A DNA stretch of 62,151 nucleotides, filler included, from Chiloscyllium plagiosum (lineage: Eukaryota): the NCBI RefSeq assembly GCF_004010195.1. It is 3 parts of one record of this genome, joined end to end, with 100 filler letters (N's around TTAATTAATTAA, not from the genome) between each part and the next. Parts side by side here need not be neighbours in the genome. Positions count along the whole stretch, not along the records: positions 16,670 to 48,428 come from NC_057710.1; 2 more parts are not named here. One strand, given 5' to 3'. The position numbers were made by a program, and so were the translations under genes. The notes under the pieces are model-generated. The model saw only the letters and a list, made by a program, of their open reading frames with translations. It was not told where the DNA came from and searched no databases. Positions 22,701-33,475 of this stretch are shown here, piece after piece. How positions within the stretch are numbered: the stretch's first letter is position 1; every line of letters starts with the position of its first letter.

Positions 22701-25107
22701 ATGAAGGGTACGTCGGGGTCCAAAACAACGATTGTGTTCCTGTAGCATTTGTTTTCTGAAACATTAAGCTGTCAGTCCTGTCCATCTCTGAGCCATGTTT
22801 CTTAATTGCTATGAAATCCCAGTCCCATGTTCCTAACCATGCCCTGAGTTCATCTGCCTTCCCTGTTAGGCCTCTTGCATTGAAATAAATGCAGTGTCAT
22901 GATTAGAATGGTGCTGGAAAAGCACAGCAAATCAGGCAGCATCCAAGGGGCAGGAAATAAATGCAATTTTATTTATCAGTCCTACATTGTTCTCTGCTTT
23001 GTCCCTGCTTGCCCTGACTGTTTGACTTGCTTCTGTTCTCAACTGTACCAGTCTCAGATTGATCTCTTTCCTCTCTATCTCCCTGGGTCCCACCCCCACA
23101 TTATGAGTTGAAATCCTCCTGAGCAGCTCTAGCAAATCTCCCTGCCAGTAGATTAGTCCCCCTCCAATTCAAGTACAATCTGTCCTTCTTGTACAGGTCA
23201 CTTTTACCCCAGAAGATATTTAAATGATCCAAAAATGTGAATCGTTCTCCCATACACCAGCTCCTCAGCCATGCATTCATCTGCTCTGTCCTCCTATTCC
23301 TGCCCTCACAAGCTCATAGCACCGGGAGTAATCCAGATATTGCTACTCTTGAGGACCTCCTTTTTAAATTCCTGCCTAACTCTCCATATTCTCTCTTCAG
23401 AATCTCAACCTTTTTCCTTCGTATGTCATTGGTTCCAATGTGTACAATGACCTCCTGCTGGGCCCTCTCCCCCTTGAGAACATTCTGCAACTTCTCTGAG
23501 ATATCCTTGATCCTGGCACCAGGGAAGCAACACACCATTCTAACTTTTCATTGCTGGCCACAGCAACATCAGTCTCTGCTTTGGACTAGAGAATCCCCTA
23601 ACACAATCGTTGTCTTGGAACCCGACGTACCCTTCATTGCACTAGAGCCAGCCTCAACATCAGAAACTTGACTGTTCATGATACATTCCCCTGAGAATCC
23701 ATCACCCCCTACATTTTCCAAAACAGCATACTTGTTTGAAATGAGGATAGCCACAGAATACACCTGCACTAGCTGCCTACATCTCTTACCTTTCCTGGAG
23801 TTTACCCATCTATGTTATTGTATCTGTGACTTTCCACCCTTCCTATAACTGCCTTCCATCACACCCCCTTGCACTTATAAATTCCTCATTGCCTCTAACT
23901 GTCACTCCAACAGATCCATTTGATCTGATAGGATTCACAACCAATGGCATTTATTGAAGATATAATCCTTAGTAATACGTAAACTCTCCCTAAACAAGGA
24001 GTGCATACTAAGGGCCATTTTTGCTTCTTCCAATCTGCAGAAAATAGCACACCATCTTATTCCTCTACAAAACACTGCTCCAGGCTATCTTAATACTTAG
24101 AGCTTATATTTTGAAGTTTAATCAAGAGACATATTTCAATAAAGCATATAATCAAGATAGAACCCACTGTATTGACTACTGCAGACTTACAGCAAGGCCC
24201 CAAGGCCACACTGAAAACTATTCACTTATTTGTCTCTGTGCTGTGACCTTTCCCAAACAGGTTGCTCCAAGCTCAGTTGTGAATTTCACCGTTTGTCAAT
24301 TTTCCCAGATGTACTCCGATATCCAGCGATTCATCAATTTAACAGCAAAGGCAGAAACTGTGCAGGTTCACTGCTGTGTCAGTTAGCAGAGTGGGCTTCT
24401 TTCTCTCTCTCTTTCTCTCTCCTGCACAGATAATGTGCTGCCTTTGTCTGCTCCTCTCCCTTTTAAAAATGTTGTTGTTTCGACATGATTTTCTTCCAAA
24501 GTTCCAAAACAATGCAACAGCATATAAAACAGTAATTGTTGTTCCTGGAATTCAAAGAAATCCCCTCCAACACCTAAAATACCCCCCAAAAAAAGAGCAG
24601 CCTGTTCCAGCCAGAAAGTTTTACCATCCTCCATCTTGGATTACCTAGAATCCAGGAAAATTCAAATTTTAAAACAGTCAGCGGTCAAATTTTCTCTTTA
24701 TCTTCGTCAGTAGATTGGTTCTCCAGGTTGGTGTTGAGGTTTTTCTCTGTGCAAACTCCTTCTCTAGACAGGTACCTCTCAGAGAGCTCTGACTAGCAGT
24801 GTACAGCTGTTGGTCTGGTGGCAGTTCTCCTCCCAACTGTTCAATTTTCTCCGGTCTTTTAACCCAAAGCATCGGATTGTGTCAATGGCTTTTATGATTG
24901 TCAATATACTCAATTCAAACTTGATTGGAAGTTGGTATTGTTCAGGGTATAATTTAACCTAATTCAAATCTGTTTTATTGTTTCCAGGTAGCTAGGTACC
25001 CCAGTAGCTGGAGCACATGTTACATTGTGTCGTATTGAGAACACTTGGTGCAGTCACTGCTAGATTTTACTCTCTTAAAGGTATATTGAACACACATCTT
25101 CATAACA
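19717..25107 (-). mobile_element. 5' LTR of the Gmr1-like element, split by a CR1 insertion (pieces about 19717-19995 and 24651-25107)
   Basis: Reverse complement starts TGTTATGAAGATGTG and ends CGTAACA. Both pieces align in order to the LTR at 49516-50221. Confidence 0.85.
19996..24650 (-). mobile_element. Near full-length degenerate CR1 LINE (5'UTR, ORF1 esterase, ORF2 endonuclease and RT, 3' tail)
   Basis: IVLGDSL and HIGTNDI (ORF1); SDHNSI (endonuclease); [10 protein letters not shown] and FVDDTK (RT); GACTCTA-type tail at about 20000. Confidence 0.92.
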
Positions 25108-26002
25108 TATTAGTTTTGCTTGTTGCCTGTATAGGGTCTTTCAAGTTCATTAGCTGCTGTTTTAGTGTATTGGTGGGTTTGTGGGTTACCATAATGCCAA
25201 GAGGTCTGAGTAGTCTTGCAGTCATTTCTGAGATGTCTTTGATGCAGGGGAGAGGGCTAGGGCTTTTGAACGCATTTTGTCTGCTTGCTTGGGTTTGTTG
25301 CTGATAAATTGGCCGATTGTGTTCATTGGGTACCTGTTCTTTTTGAATGTGCTGTAAAGGTGATTTTTCTCTGCTCTTTGCAGTTCCTCTGTGCAGCAGT
25401 ATGGTGGCTCATTGAAATAATGTTCTAATTTGGTTTCATTTGTGGGTGTTGGGATGATTGCTTCTGTAGTTTAGTACTTGGTTCATATGTATTGTTTTCC
25501 TGTAGACACTGGTTTGAATTTCCCCAAAATACCTTGCAAGAATGGTAACAAACACGACATTGGACAAACAGACAGAAAACTAGGCATCAGGATACATGAA
25601 TATCTACTAGCCACAAAAGACATGACCCTCTCTCACTACTATCCTTACATACTGGTGAAGAAGGATACCAATTCGACTGGGACAACACATCCATCCTCAG
25701 GCAAGCCAAACAGAGACACTGTTGAGAATTCCTCAAAGCATGGCATTCTAACTGCGACTCTATCAAAAAACATATTGACTTTGATCCCATTTACCACCCT
25801 CTGAGAAAAAGAACAGGAATGACACAGAAAATGTCATCATCACAGTAAATGACATTACCAACTTAAGGAAATCTAAACACATAAACAGAAAACGGGTCAC
25901 TAACACCAGTGCTTCACTGGAGGCTCACTGATGATGTTACCTAGTATGGTGACGAAACATCTGAAAATGACCTTCCAGCTCAATGAGCAAACTTACATCC
26001 AG
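25108..26002 (+). mobile_element. Penelope-like element 3' part with an inverted 5' segment
   Basis: About 25525-26002 on + encodes GIY-YIG-like KIPCKNGNKHDIGQTDRKL. About 25108-25515 is the upstream region in the - orientation. Homologous to 44771-46295. Confidence 0.85.
25926..25963 (+). ncRNA. Hammerhead motif of a third family
   Basis: CTGATGA(25928)-T-GTTACC-TAGTAT-GGTGAC-GAAA-CATC, with a 6-bp stem II. Confidence 0.7.
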
Positions 26003-26059
26003 TAAATTACTTGCTGCAGGATTCCTAGCCTCTGACCTGTTCTTGAAGGAATGGTATTT

Positions 26060-26495
26060 ATATGAACATAGAATGGCGAACATTACAGCACAGGACCAAC
26101 CATGACACCATTCTAAACTAAAGCTGTCTGCCTGCACCTGGCCCATATCTGTCTATTGCCTCCTGTTCATGTGTCTGTCTAAATGCCTCAAAAACGTTGC
26201 TATCATATCTGCATCTACCAGCTGCCTAGCAGAGCATTCGGTCTACACCATCTTGAAGACACAAGTCAGAGTGCACAAAAAACCTGCCTTGCACATTTGC
26301 TTTACATTTTCCCTCTCTTACATTAAACCCATGTCCCTAGTATTTAACATTTCCATCTTGGGAAACAGATTCTGAGGATTCTACCCTGTCCGTGCCTTTC
26401 ATAATTGTATTTACTTCTATGAGGTCACCCCTCAGCTTCCAATGCTCTAGTGAAAACAATCAAAATTTATTCAACTTCTCCTTATAGCTAATACC
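26060..26495 (-). mobile_element. Old CR1 3' end
   Basis: Reverse complement of RGDLIEV and the 3' tail. Confidence 0.7.
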
Positions 26496-26496
26496 T

Positions 26497-26793
26497 TTAG
26501 ATTAAATTACTTACAGTATGGAAACAGGCCCTTCAGCCCAACAAGTCCACACCGACCCTCCAAAGAGCAACCCACTCCCCTACACCTAACACTAGGGGCA
26601 ATTTAGCATGGCCAATTCACCTAGCCTGCACATTTTTGGACTGTGGGAGGAAACCAGAGCACCCGGAGGAAACCCACACAGATACTGGGAGAATGTGCAA
26701 ACTCCACACAGGCATTTGCCTGAGGCGGGAATTGAACCCGGGTCTCTGGCGCTGTGAGGCAGCAGTGCTAACCACTGTGCCACCATGCTGCCC
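26497..26793 (-). mobile_element. V-SINE (HE1-like), well preserved
   Basis: A box TGGCACAGTGG, B box GGTTCAATTCC, V core and CR1-like tail. Confidence 0.9.
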
Positions 26794-27129
26794 ATGCACT
26801 TCAATCCAGGCAAGATTTAATAGCTGACATACTGAAATAAGATGGGTAATGAAAAGTATGCAATAATAATGCATACACTTCTCTATTCAAGTTATAAAAT
26901 TATAAAATTTCACACACTTTCTTTTATACAGAGTAAATGGAAGTGCATATCATATGCAGTGATGTGAAGGTCGTTGCAATTTTAAAACTAAATAATTTCT
27001 CTAACCAATGTTCCCTTGTGAAATATGCATCTATCAGATTATCGGTGATTATGGAGCTGAATGAACTCACTCCTTTATTGTTAATTCTAAAGTGATTTTC
27101 TTATTTCGGTCATTTATATTCCTTTCAGT

Positions 27130-28270
27130 TCAAGACATTCCTGACATTATCTATCCAGTGTTTACTTGGTCTTCCTCAGCTTCCTCAGATATGTAAAACT
27201 GTCGAAAGTGGTGGGAGTAATTTCCACTTTTTAACACCAGCTGTAATGAATGAGGTCAGCCAGTTGGCCTTCACAGTATATGAGTTCTCTGAATGGGGCT
27301 ATTAAAATGTCCAATCAAAGAGCCTTGGCTGACAGATTAAAGCAGGAGTGCCAGACGTTCATTTTACTCAGAGAGCTGGCTCTGAGGGAGCTGGATCGGT
27401 GTCAAGGACTGTCTATATTTAAATAAATGTTGACATGGTGATGGAATACTGGTCTCGGTGGGGTTAGTTCTCTAACTTTTGCAGTCTTCTTCCTTTGATC
27501 CCCTGTCAAAGTTTTTATTTTACCTTGTCCACTTCATGTTCTTAGGATATCAGTTTTGATTTTTTTGAATCTTGGATACTCCTATGTTCCTCTCAAACAC
27601 CTCCTTTCTAATTTTTGTACTTTTTTCTCACTAATTTTCACATGTCCCAAAACTCGTATCCGTATCATACATTAATAATCATCATTTCATAAGCTTAAAT
27701 TTTGTCGATCAATGCCTTTCCATAATATTCTGAAAACAGAAGAAACAAGGCCAATCACTTGTTTCGACACTTTCAAAATGTCAATTCTATGACATTAATT
27801 CATCAAGGCAGTCAAACCTCTTTGTCTTTTCAGCTGCACACATCTCAAAGCATATAATCTTGCTTTTTGATAATGTGTAATCGGATTGTCTACTTTTCAT
27901 GCACATTTAATCAGTTTCTGCAAATCTGTTCTGAATGTTGCTATAAGGTCAATGTCATCCAAAAATCTGAGATTATTTAAAATCTTGCTGCAAAACGTGC
28001 CTCCAAAATTGCTTTTCACAGCCAGATTCATTTCTGATTCCATTACTGAGTGAAATAAATCGAGTGATTGTGTGCATCCTTGTCTCACCTTAAATGTTGA
28101 CCAGAGTCACTCTGTTCATTTCCTATCCATCTAACCTGCTCAGGATATATTACAGATGCATTCTATGCACCTCCTGAGTTTCTCAGAAATAACACAAATT
28201 ATCGGCATATGCTATACCCCTGCTTTCCAAACACTCACAAAGGCCTGCACAGATCTATAAAATCCTTACA
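27130..28270 (-). mobile_element. Ancient RTE-like LINE RT fragment
   Basis: VRQGCTQSLDLF and NNLRFLDDIDLIA motifs, plus a GRP..W-type C-terminal remnant near 27150-27185. Confidence 0.7.
27242..27472 (+). mobile_element. Short solo LTR inserted in the RTE fragment
   Basis: Starts TGTAATG and contains CCAAT, a TATA-like site and AATAAA. Interrupts the RTE frame. Confidence 0.55.
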
Positions 28271-29351
28271 ACAATGGATATTGTGGAATCATAGAATCTT
28301 ACACCATGGAACAAGACCATTCAGCCCATCATGAGTGTGGTTCTTCCTATATATATTGCAGTTGAAGTTAACGTGGAATTCTGCTGATATCCAATTGGAT
28401 TGTCTGATAAACTGATTTCACCAAAAAGATCTCTGAAATACACTGGAGTGAAGGCCCATATTTACCTCATCATTATTAAACATCAAATTAATCTTTATCA
28501 ATTATTTGAGTTATTTGCTAATGCAATATGAAGCCTTTATGTGATGTCGCATACTTTGGCACTTAAATTGCCATTGTGTTTTTCCTAACAGATCACAGAT
28601 TGAGCTAAACAAGATGACATTGTGCAACAAGGTATGGTTCAGTAATGGTCTGATAATAAAAGTGGTCCAAGCACTGGACATATAGTGATTGAATTTTACA
28701 GTAATCTACATGCTGCACAAGCGCATGGCCATAAGCATCTCCAGGAAAAGAGAATCTAACTATCTCCCCTTGACATTCAACAGAATTAATACTGCTGAAT
28801 CCCTCACAAACAACATCCTAGGGGTTACCATTGACAAGCAACTGATCTGGACTAACCATATAAGTACAATAGCTACAAGAATAGATAGGAACTTTGCAAT
28901 GAGCAACTCACCTCCTGCCTCCCCAAACTGATCCACCATCTATAAGGCTTTGGACAGGAGTATGATGGTAAGCTGGGCAGTCCTTTTCCAGCAACTCTGA
29001 AGTAGCCCAAAATCACTTTCAAACACCCATGTTTCAGTGAATGATTCCTATGTAATGACTTTGTGTAATTAGATTATTTAATAGATATTGTATCCTTTTG
29101 AACATGAAGGTCAATCAATAGTATTATGATAAGTCATAACGTTTTTTCAGTTTATATTTAGGATTAACACTGCAGCCTCCTCCAGCACAAAGTCCCTGTG
29201 GCCATAGTTATCAGCTGGTGAAAAATGTTCATCTGTGATACAGGGCTGGTCGTCTCATTCAGCACTGAGATGGCATACAGAGAAATGTACTTCCGGATTA
29301 CACCAATCAGCTGTAGCACATTGCATATTGCATTGTGAGTTTTGCCCACTT

Positions 29352-29660
29352 GGGCTGGCACAGTGGCTCAGTGGTTAGCATTGCTGCCTCACAGCACCAG
29401 GGTTCCAGGTTCGATTCCAGCCTTGTGCGACTGTCTGTGTGGAGTTTGCACCTTTTCCCCATGTCTGCGTGGGTTTCCTCCGGGTGCTCCAGTTTCTTTC
29501 TGCAGTCACAAAGATGTGCAGGCCAGGTGGATTGGCCATGTTAAATTGCCCATAATGTTAGGTACATTAGTCAGAGGGAGGATGGGTTACTCTTTGGAGG
29601 GTTGGTGTGGACCTGTTGGGCCGAAGGGCCTGTAAAACCTATAGGGAATCTAATCTAAAA
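29352..29660 (+). mobile_element. V-SINE (HE1-like)
   Basis: TGGCTCAGTGG and GGTTCGATTCC boxes, V core and tail. Confidence 0.9.
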
Positions 29661-30921
29661 TGAACGTACACATCTACCAGCAGAAGGAGAGCAGATAAGT
29701 CTCTGAGTTAGTAGCACTGCAGTTTTCATTCTGAATGCATCTTAATAGCAATTTTTGAGATCTTTCTGCTCGATTTTCCTAACAAATCCAAAATGGCAAT
29801 AAAGATAGTGAGAAATAGGAAACATTGCGTTCAGGTGTAAAATGTCTACTTCACTGACTCCGTTTTAAGTCAGAGATTTAGGAAAGGACAAACTGAAGTT
29901 GCAGCCTTTCGGTAGATACACAAGAAGTCTTCAGCTCAGGATTAGCAACAGCAATGCCTACACATAATAAACACAAAATTAATGCAAAAGAAAACAGTAT
30001 AAATCTTAGATCATTCCAAGATGTTATTCTTCTGAAAGAATGTGATCCTGGAAACTTAATCACATGTTATAGCTAATCAATCTATGCCCAATCGACCACA
30101 TTTTTATGTTCATTTGTAGATGTCATTTGTAATCTCATATAATGAAAGGAAAGTACCGCTGGAGATCCAAAATAAAAACAGAAAGCATTGGTGAAACTCA
30201 GCAAGCCCAGCAGCTAAATCTCTGAAAACAAAATAAAGTTAACGTTTTGAGTCCAGCTTCAAGTCTTGATTGGACCAGAGTTGATGTTAAACCTGTCAAG
30301 AGGAAAATATAAACACAAATAATCAAAAGTTCTTTTTCTAGTCAACCATATCAGAGAGAACCTGAGAATGACAGAAACCTGTCAGAGCTGCTGGATTTAA
30401 CAAGAACAAACCTGGAGAGCTTATCCAGCGAGGCAATATGTGTATAACCTAAGAATAAGAAAAGTGAAATCACTATGAAGGGGTTATAGTTGGCCTCCCA
30501 AAAAACAGCAGGAGATAGGGAAACAGATATGTGAGCAGACCAGGGAAAGATGTAAATACAACAGGGCTGTTCTGATGGGTGATTTTACTGGGCAACATTG
30601 ACTAGGACTCTCTTAGGCCAGATGCTTTGATGGGACTGATTTTTTAGGGTCCAGGAGGGTTTAAAATAATTACATGGTGGGCGGAAAGGCCAGTTCCCAT
30701 GCTTACTGTTCTGAGTCTTATTAGCTTACTTACTTATTATCTTACACAGTACTTTGACGAAACAGATTGACGACTACAATTAACCCTAGTCATCAAGAAT
30801 AATTTAATGCAATAATCTTCAGAAATTGAATGGGCAACTGAATTACAAGAGGTGGTTTTTCTTATCTAATGGGATAGTAATTAGCTGTGCTTTATTATTG
30901 ATCAAATGCCTAATCCTACAT

Positions 30922-31053
30922 GTTCCTGATTGAAGGGCTTTTGCCCGAAACATCAATTTTCCTGCTCCTCGGATGCTGCCTAACCTGCTGTGTCTTTCCA
31001 GCACCACTCTCTTGACTCTAATCTCCAGAATCTGTACTACTCACTTTCGCCTA
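30922..31053 (+). mobile_element. Short PLE tail starting at the hammerhead motif
   Basis: CCTGATTGAAGGGCTTTTGCCCGAAACATC followed by the shared tail. Confidence 0.75.
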
Positions 31054-31099
31054 TCTGACATATTGCCTATTAATTATATAACATCAAAAATTCAATATA

Positions 31100-31425
31100 A
31101 CAAGGTCTTTTCCCTGGAGTGGGAGAGTCCAGAACCAGAGGGCATAGGTTTAGGACAAGAGGGGAAAGATTTAAAAGGGACGTAAGGGGTAATCTTTTCA
31201 CGCAAAGGAATGTGTGTGAATGGAATGAGCTGCCAGAGGAAGTGGTGGAGGGTGTTGCAATTGCAACATTTAAAAATCATCTAGATGGGCATATGTATAG
31301 GAAGGGTTTAGAAGGGTATGGTCCAAGTGCTGGCAAATAAAACAAAATTAATTTAGGATATCTGGTCAGCATGGATGAGTTTGACTAAAGGGTCTGTTTC
31401 CATGCTGTACATCTGTATGACTCTA
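31100..31425 (+). mobile_element. CR1 3' end
   Basis: ESRTRGHRF..WNELPEEVV followed by the 3' tail. Confidence 0.9.
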
Positions 31426-31949
31426 AATATCTCAACATAACTTGAAAATTGGGAGATTTGTTAGATTTAGTCACCCTCATTTCAGATTCATTGTCAACCT
31501 CGCGAGTCTGACACCAGGATCAAGGTAAACTTACTTTAATGGTTGATGGATATCCTTGCTTTTGTGTAAAGTCTCAAATCGGTTACTGGTAAAATTTAAA
31601 TTTTACTCTGTTATAAAAATAAGAACCAATTATGTTTTATTTTTGCAATTTGTATACTGTCGACTTCATAAATGTTTTAGACTGTATAACCACCAAAGTT
31701 GCATGCTTTCCTATTATAAAATCATATCCGCACTTTAAACTTTAGTTGCCTCCTTAATTTTCTGCATCAAAGCACTCAATTAACCCAACTCCTACTGCCT
31801 TGATAATGTGAAATTTTTTATTGATGAGTTTCAACCTAGTCCTTATAAAATCCAGGAGAATTACCAATGTATTGTAGACTATAACCTGATGTTGTTGATT
31901 TTTAACTTTGTACACCCCAGTCCAACATCTCTAAGTCATTCCTACAGTA

Positions 31950-32712
31950 GAGGTGGAGGTGGAGGCGGAGGAATTGGGAATACGGGAATTCCTCTGCCTC
32001 CACCATATCTGCTCCCAGGAGGACCAGTTCCATCACAGAACACACCAGATGGTCTCCTTCTTTAAACACCGAAATTTCCCCTCCTGCATGGTTGCAGATG
32101 CCCTCCAATGCATCTCATCACATCCCGCACCTCCGCCTTTGAACCCCACCCCTCCAACCGCAACAAGAACAGAACCCCTCGGTCCTCACCTTGGCCGAAC
32201 ATTTCAACTCCCCCTCCCACTCTGGCGAGGGCATGCAGGTCCTGCGCCTCCTTCACCGCCGCTCCCTCACCACCCGACGCCTGGAGGAAGAACGCCTCAT
32301 CTTCCGCCTTAGAACACTTCAACCCCAGGCATCAATGTGGACTTCACCAGTTTCCTCATTTCCACTCCTCCCACCTTACCCCAGTTCTAACCTACCAGCT
32401 CAGTGCCATTCTCATGACCTGTTCTACCTGCCAATCTTCTTTCCCACCTATCCGATCCACCCTCCTTTCCGACCTATCAACTTCATTCCCACCTCCATCC
32501 ACCTATTGCACTCTTAGCTGCCTTCTCCCCAGCCCCACCCCCATCCCATTTATCTCTTCACTCGAGAGGCTCCCTGCCTCATTCCTGATGAAGGGCTTTT
32601 GCCCGAAACATCGATTTTCCTGTCCTCGGATGCTGCCTGACCTGCTGTGCTTTTCCAGCGCCACTCTTTTCTTAACTCTGATCTCCAGCATCTACAGTTC
32701 TCACTTTCACCT
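31950..32712 (+). mobile_element. Internally deleted Penelope-like element with a hammerhead motif
   Basis: Remnants FLCLHHICSQEDQF and AEHFNSPSHS..EERLIFRL. CTGATGAAGGGCTTTTGCCCGAAAC at about 32585. Confidence 0.8.
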
Positions 32713-32714
32713 CA

Positions 32715-33475
32715 CAATGTCCTGTACAACCTCAACATTTTGTCTTAACTTCTTTAATCAAAGGTCTGAGCAATGATATCAAGCATTCTAAATGTCTTCT
32801 TAATCACCCTGTCTGCCCTGTCATGCAAATGTTAAACAATTATGCATCTGAACCCCTAGGTCTCTCTGTTCTACAACATCACCCAAAGCCCTACCATTAA
32901 TTGTATGAGTTCTGCCCTTGTTTGTTTTACCAAAATGCAACACCTCGTACTTGTCCACATTTAACTCCATCTGCAGCTTCTCAGCCCATTGACCCAATTC
33001 ATCAGGATTCCTTTGGACTCTTAGATAACCTTCTTCACTGTCAATTATAACACCACAATTTTGGTGTGATCTGCAAACTTACTATCCATACCTCCTATAT
33101 TCTCATCCAAATTGTTTATATGAATGACAAACAAAAGTAAACCCAGCACCAATCCCTGTGGAACACCATATAAATCACTATGATGTTTAAAACAATTGTT
33201 TTTTTTAAATAATTGGTTACAGTCTTCCAGTTGGTAAAATAACCCTCCACCACCACCTTCTGCCTCCTACCACTAAGCTAATTTTGTATCCATTTGTCAA
33301 GCTCACCCTGAATCCCATGTGATCTAACTTTACTAATTCGTCTACCATGCGGAACCTTGTCAAAACCTTCACTAAATTCCAAGTAAACAATGTCTACTGC
33401 TCTGCTCTCATCAACCTTTTTGGTTATGTCCCCAAAAAACTCAATTAAGTTTGTGAGACATGATTTCCCATGCTG
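32715..33475 (-). mobile_element. CR1 RT fragment
   Basis: Reverse complement of GKSCLTNL, DFSEGFDKV and KFADHTK. Confidence 0.8.

Noticed and set aside
28592..28631. Micro-exon-like AG...GT segments (also about 31486-31524)
   Set aside because: No recognisable protein motif and no partner exons.
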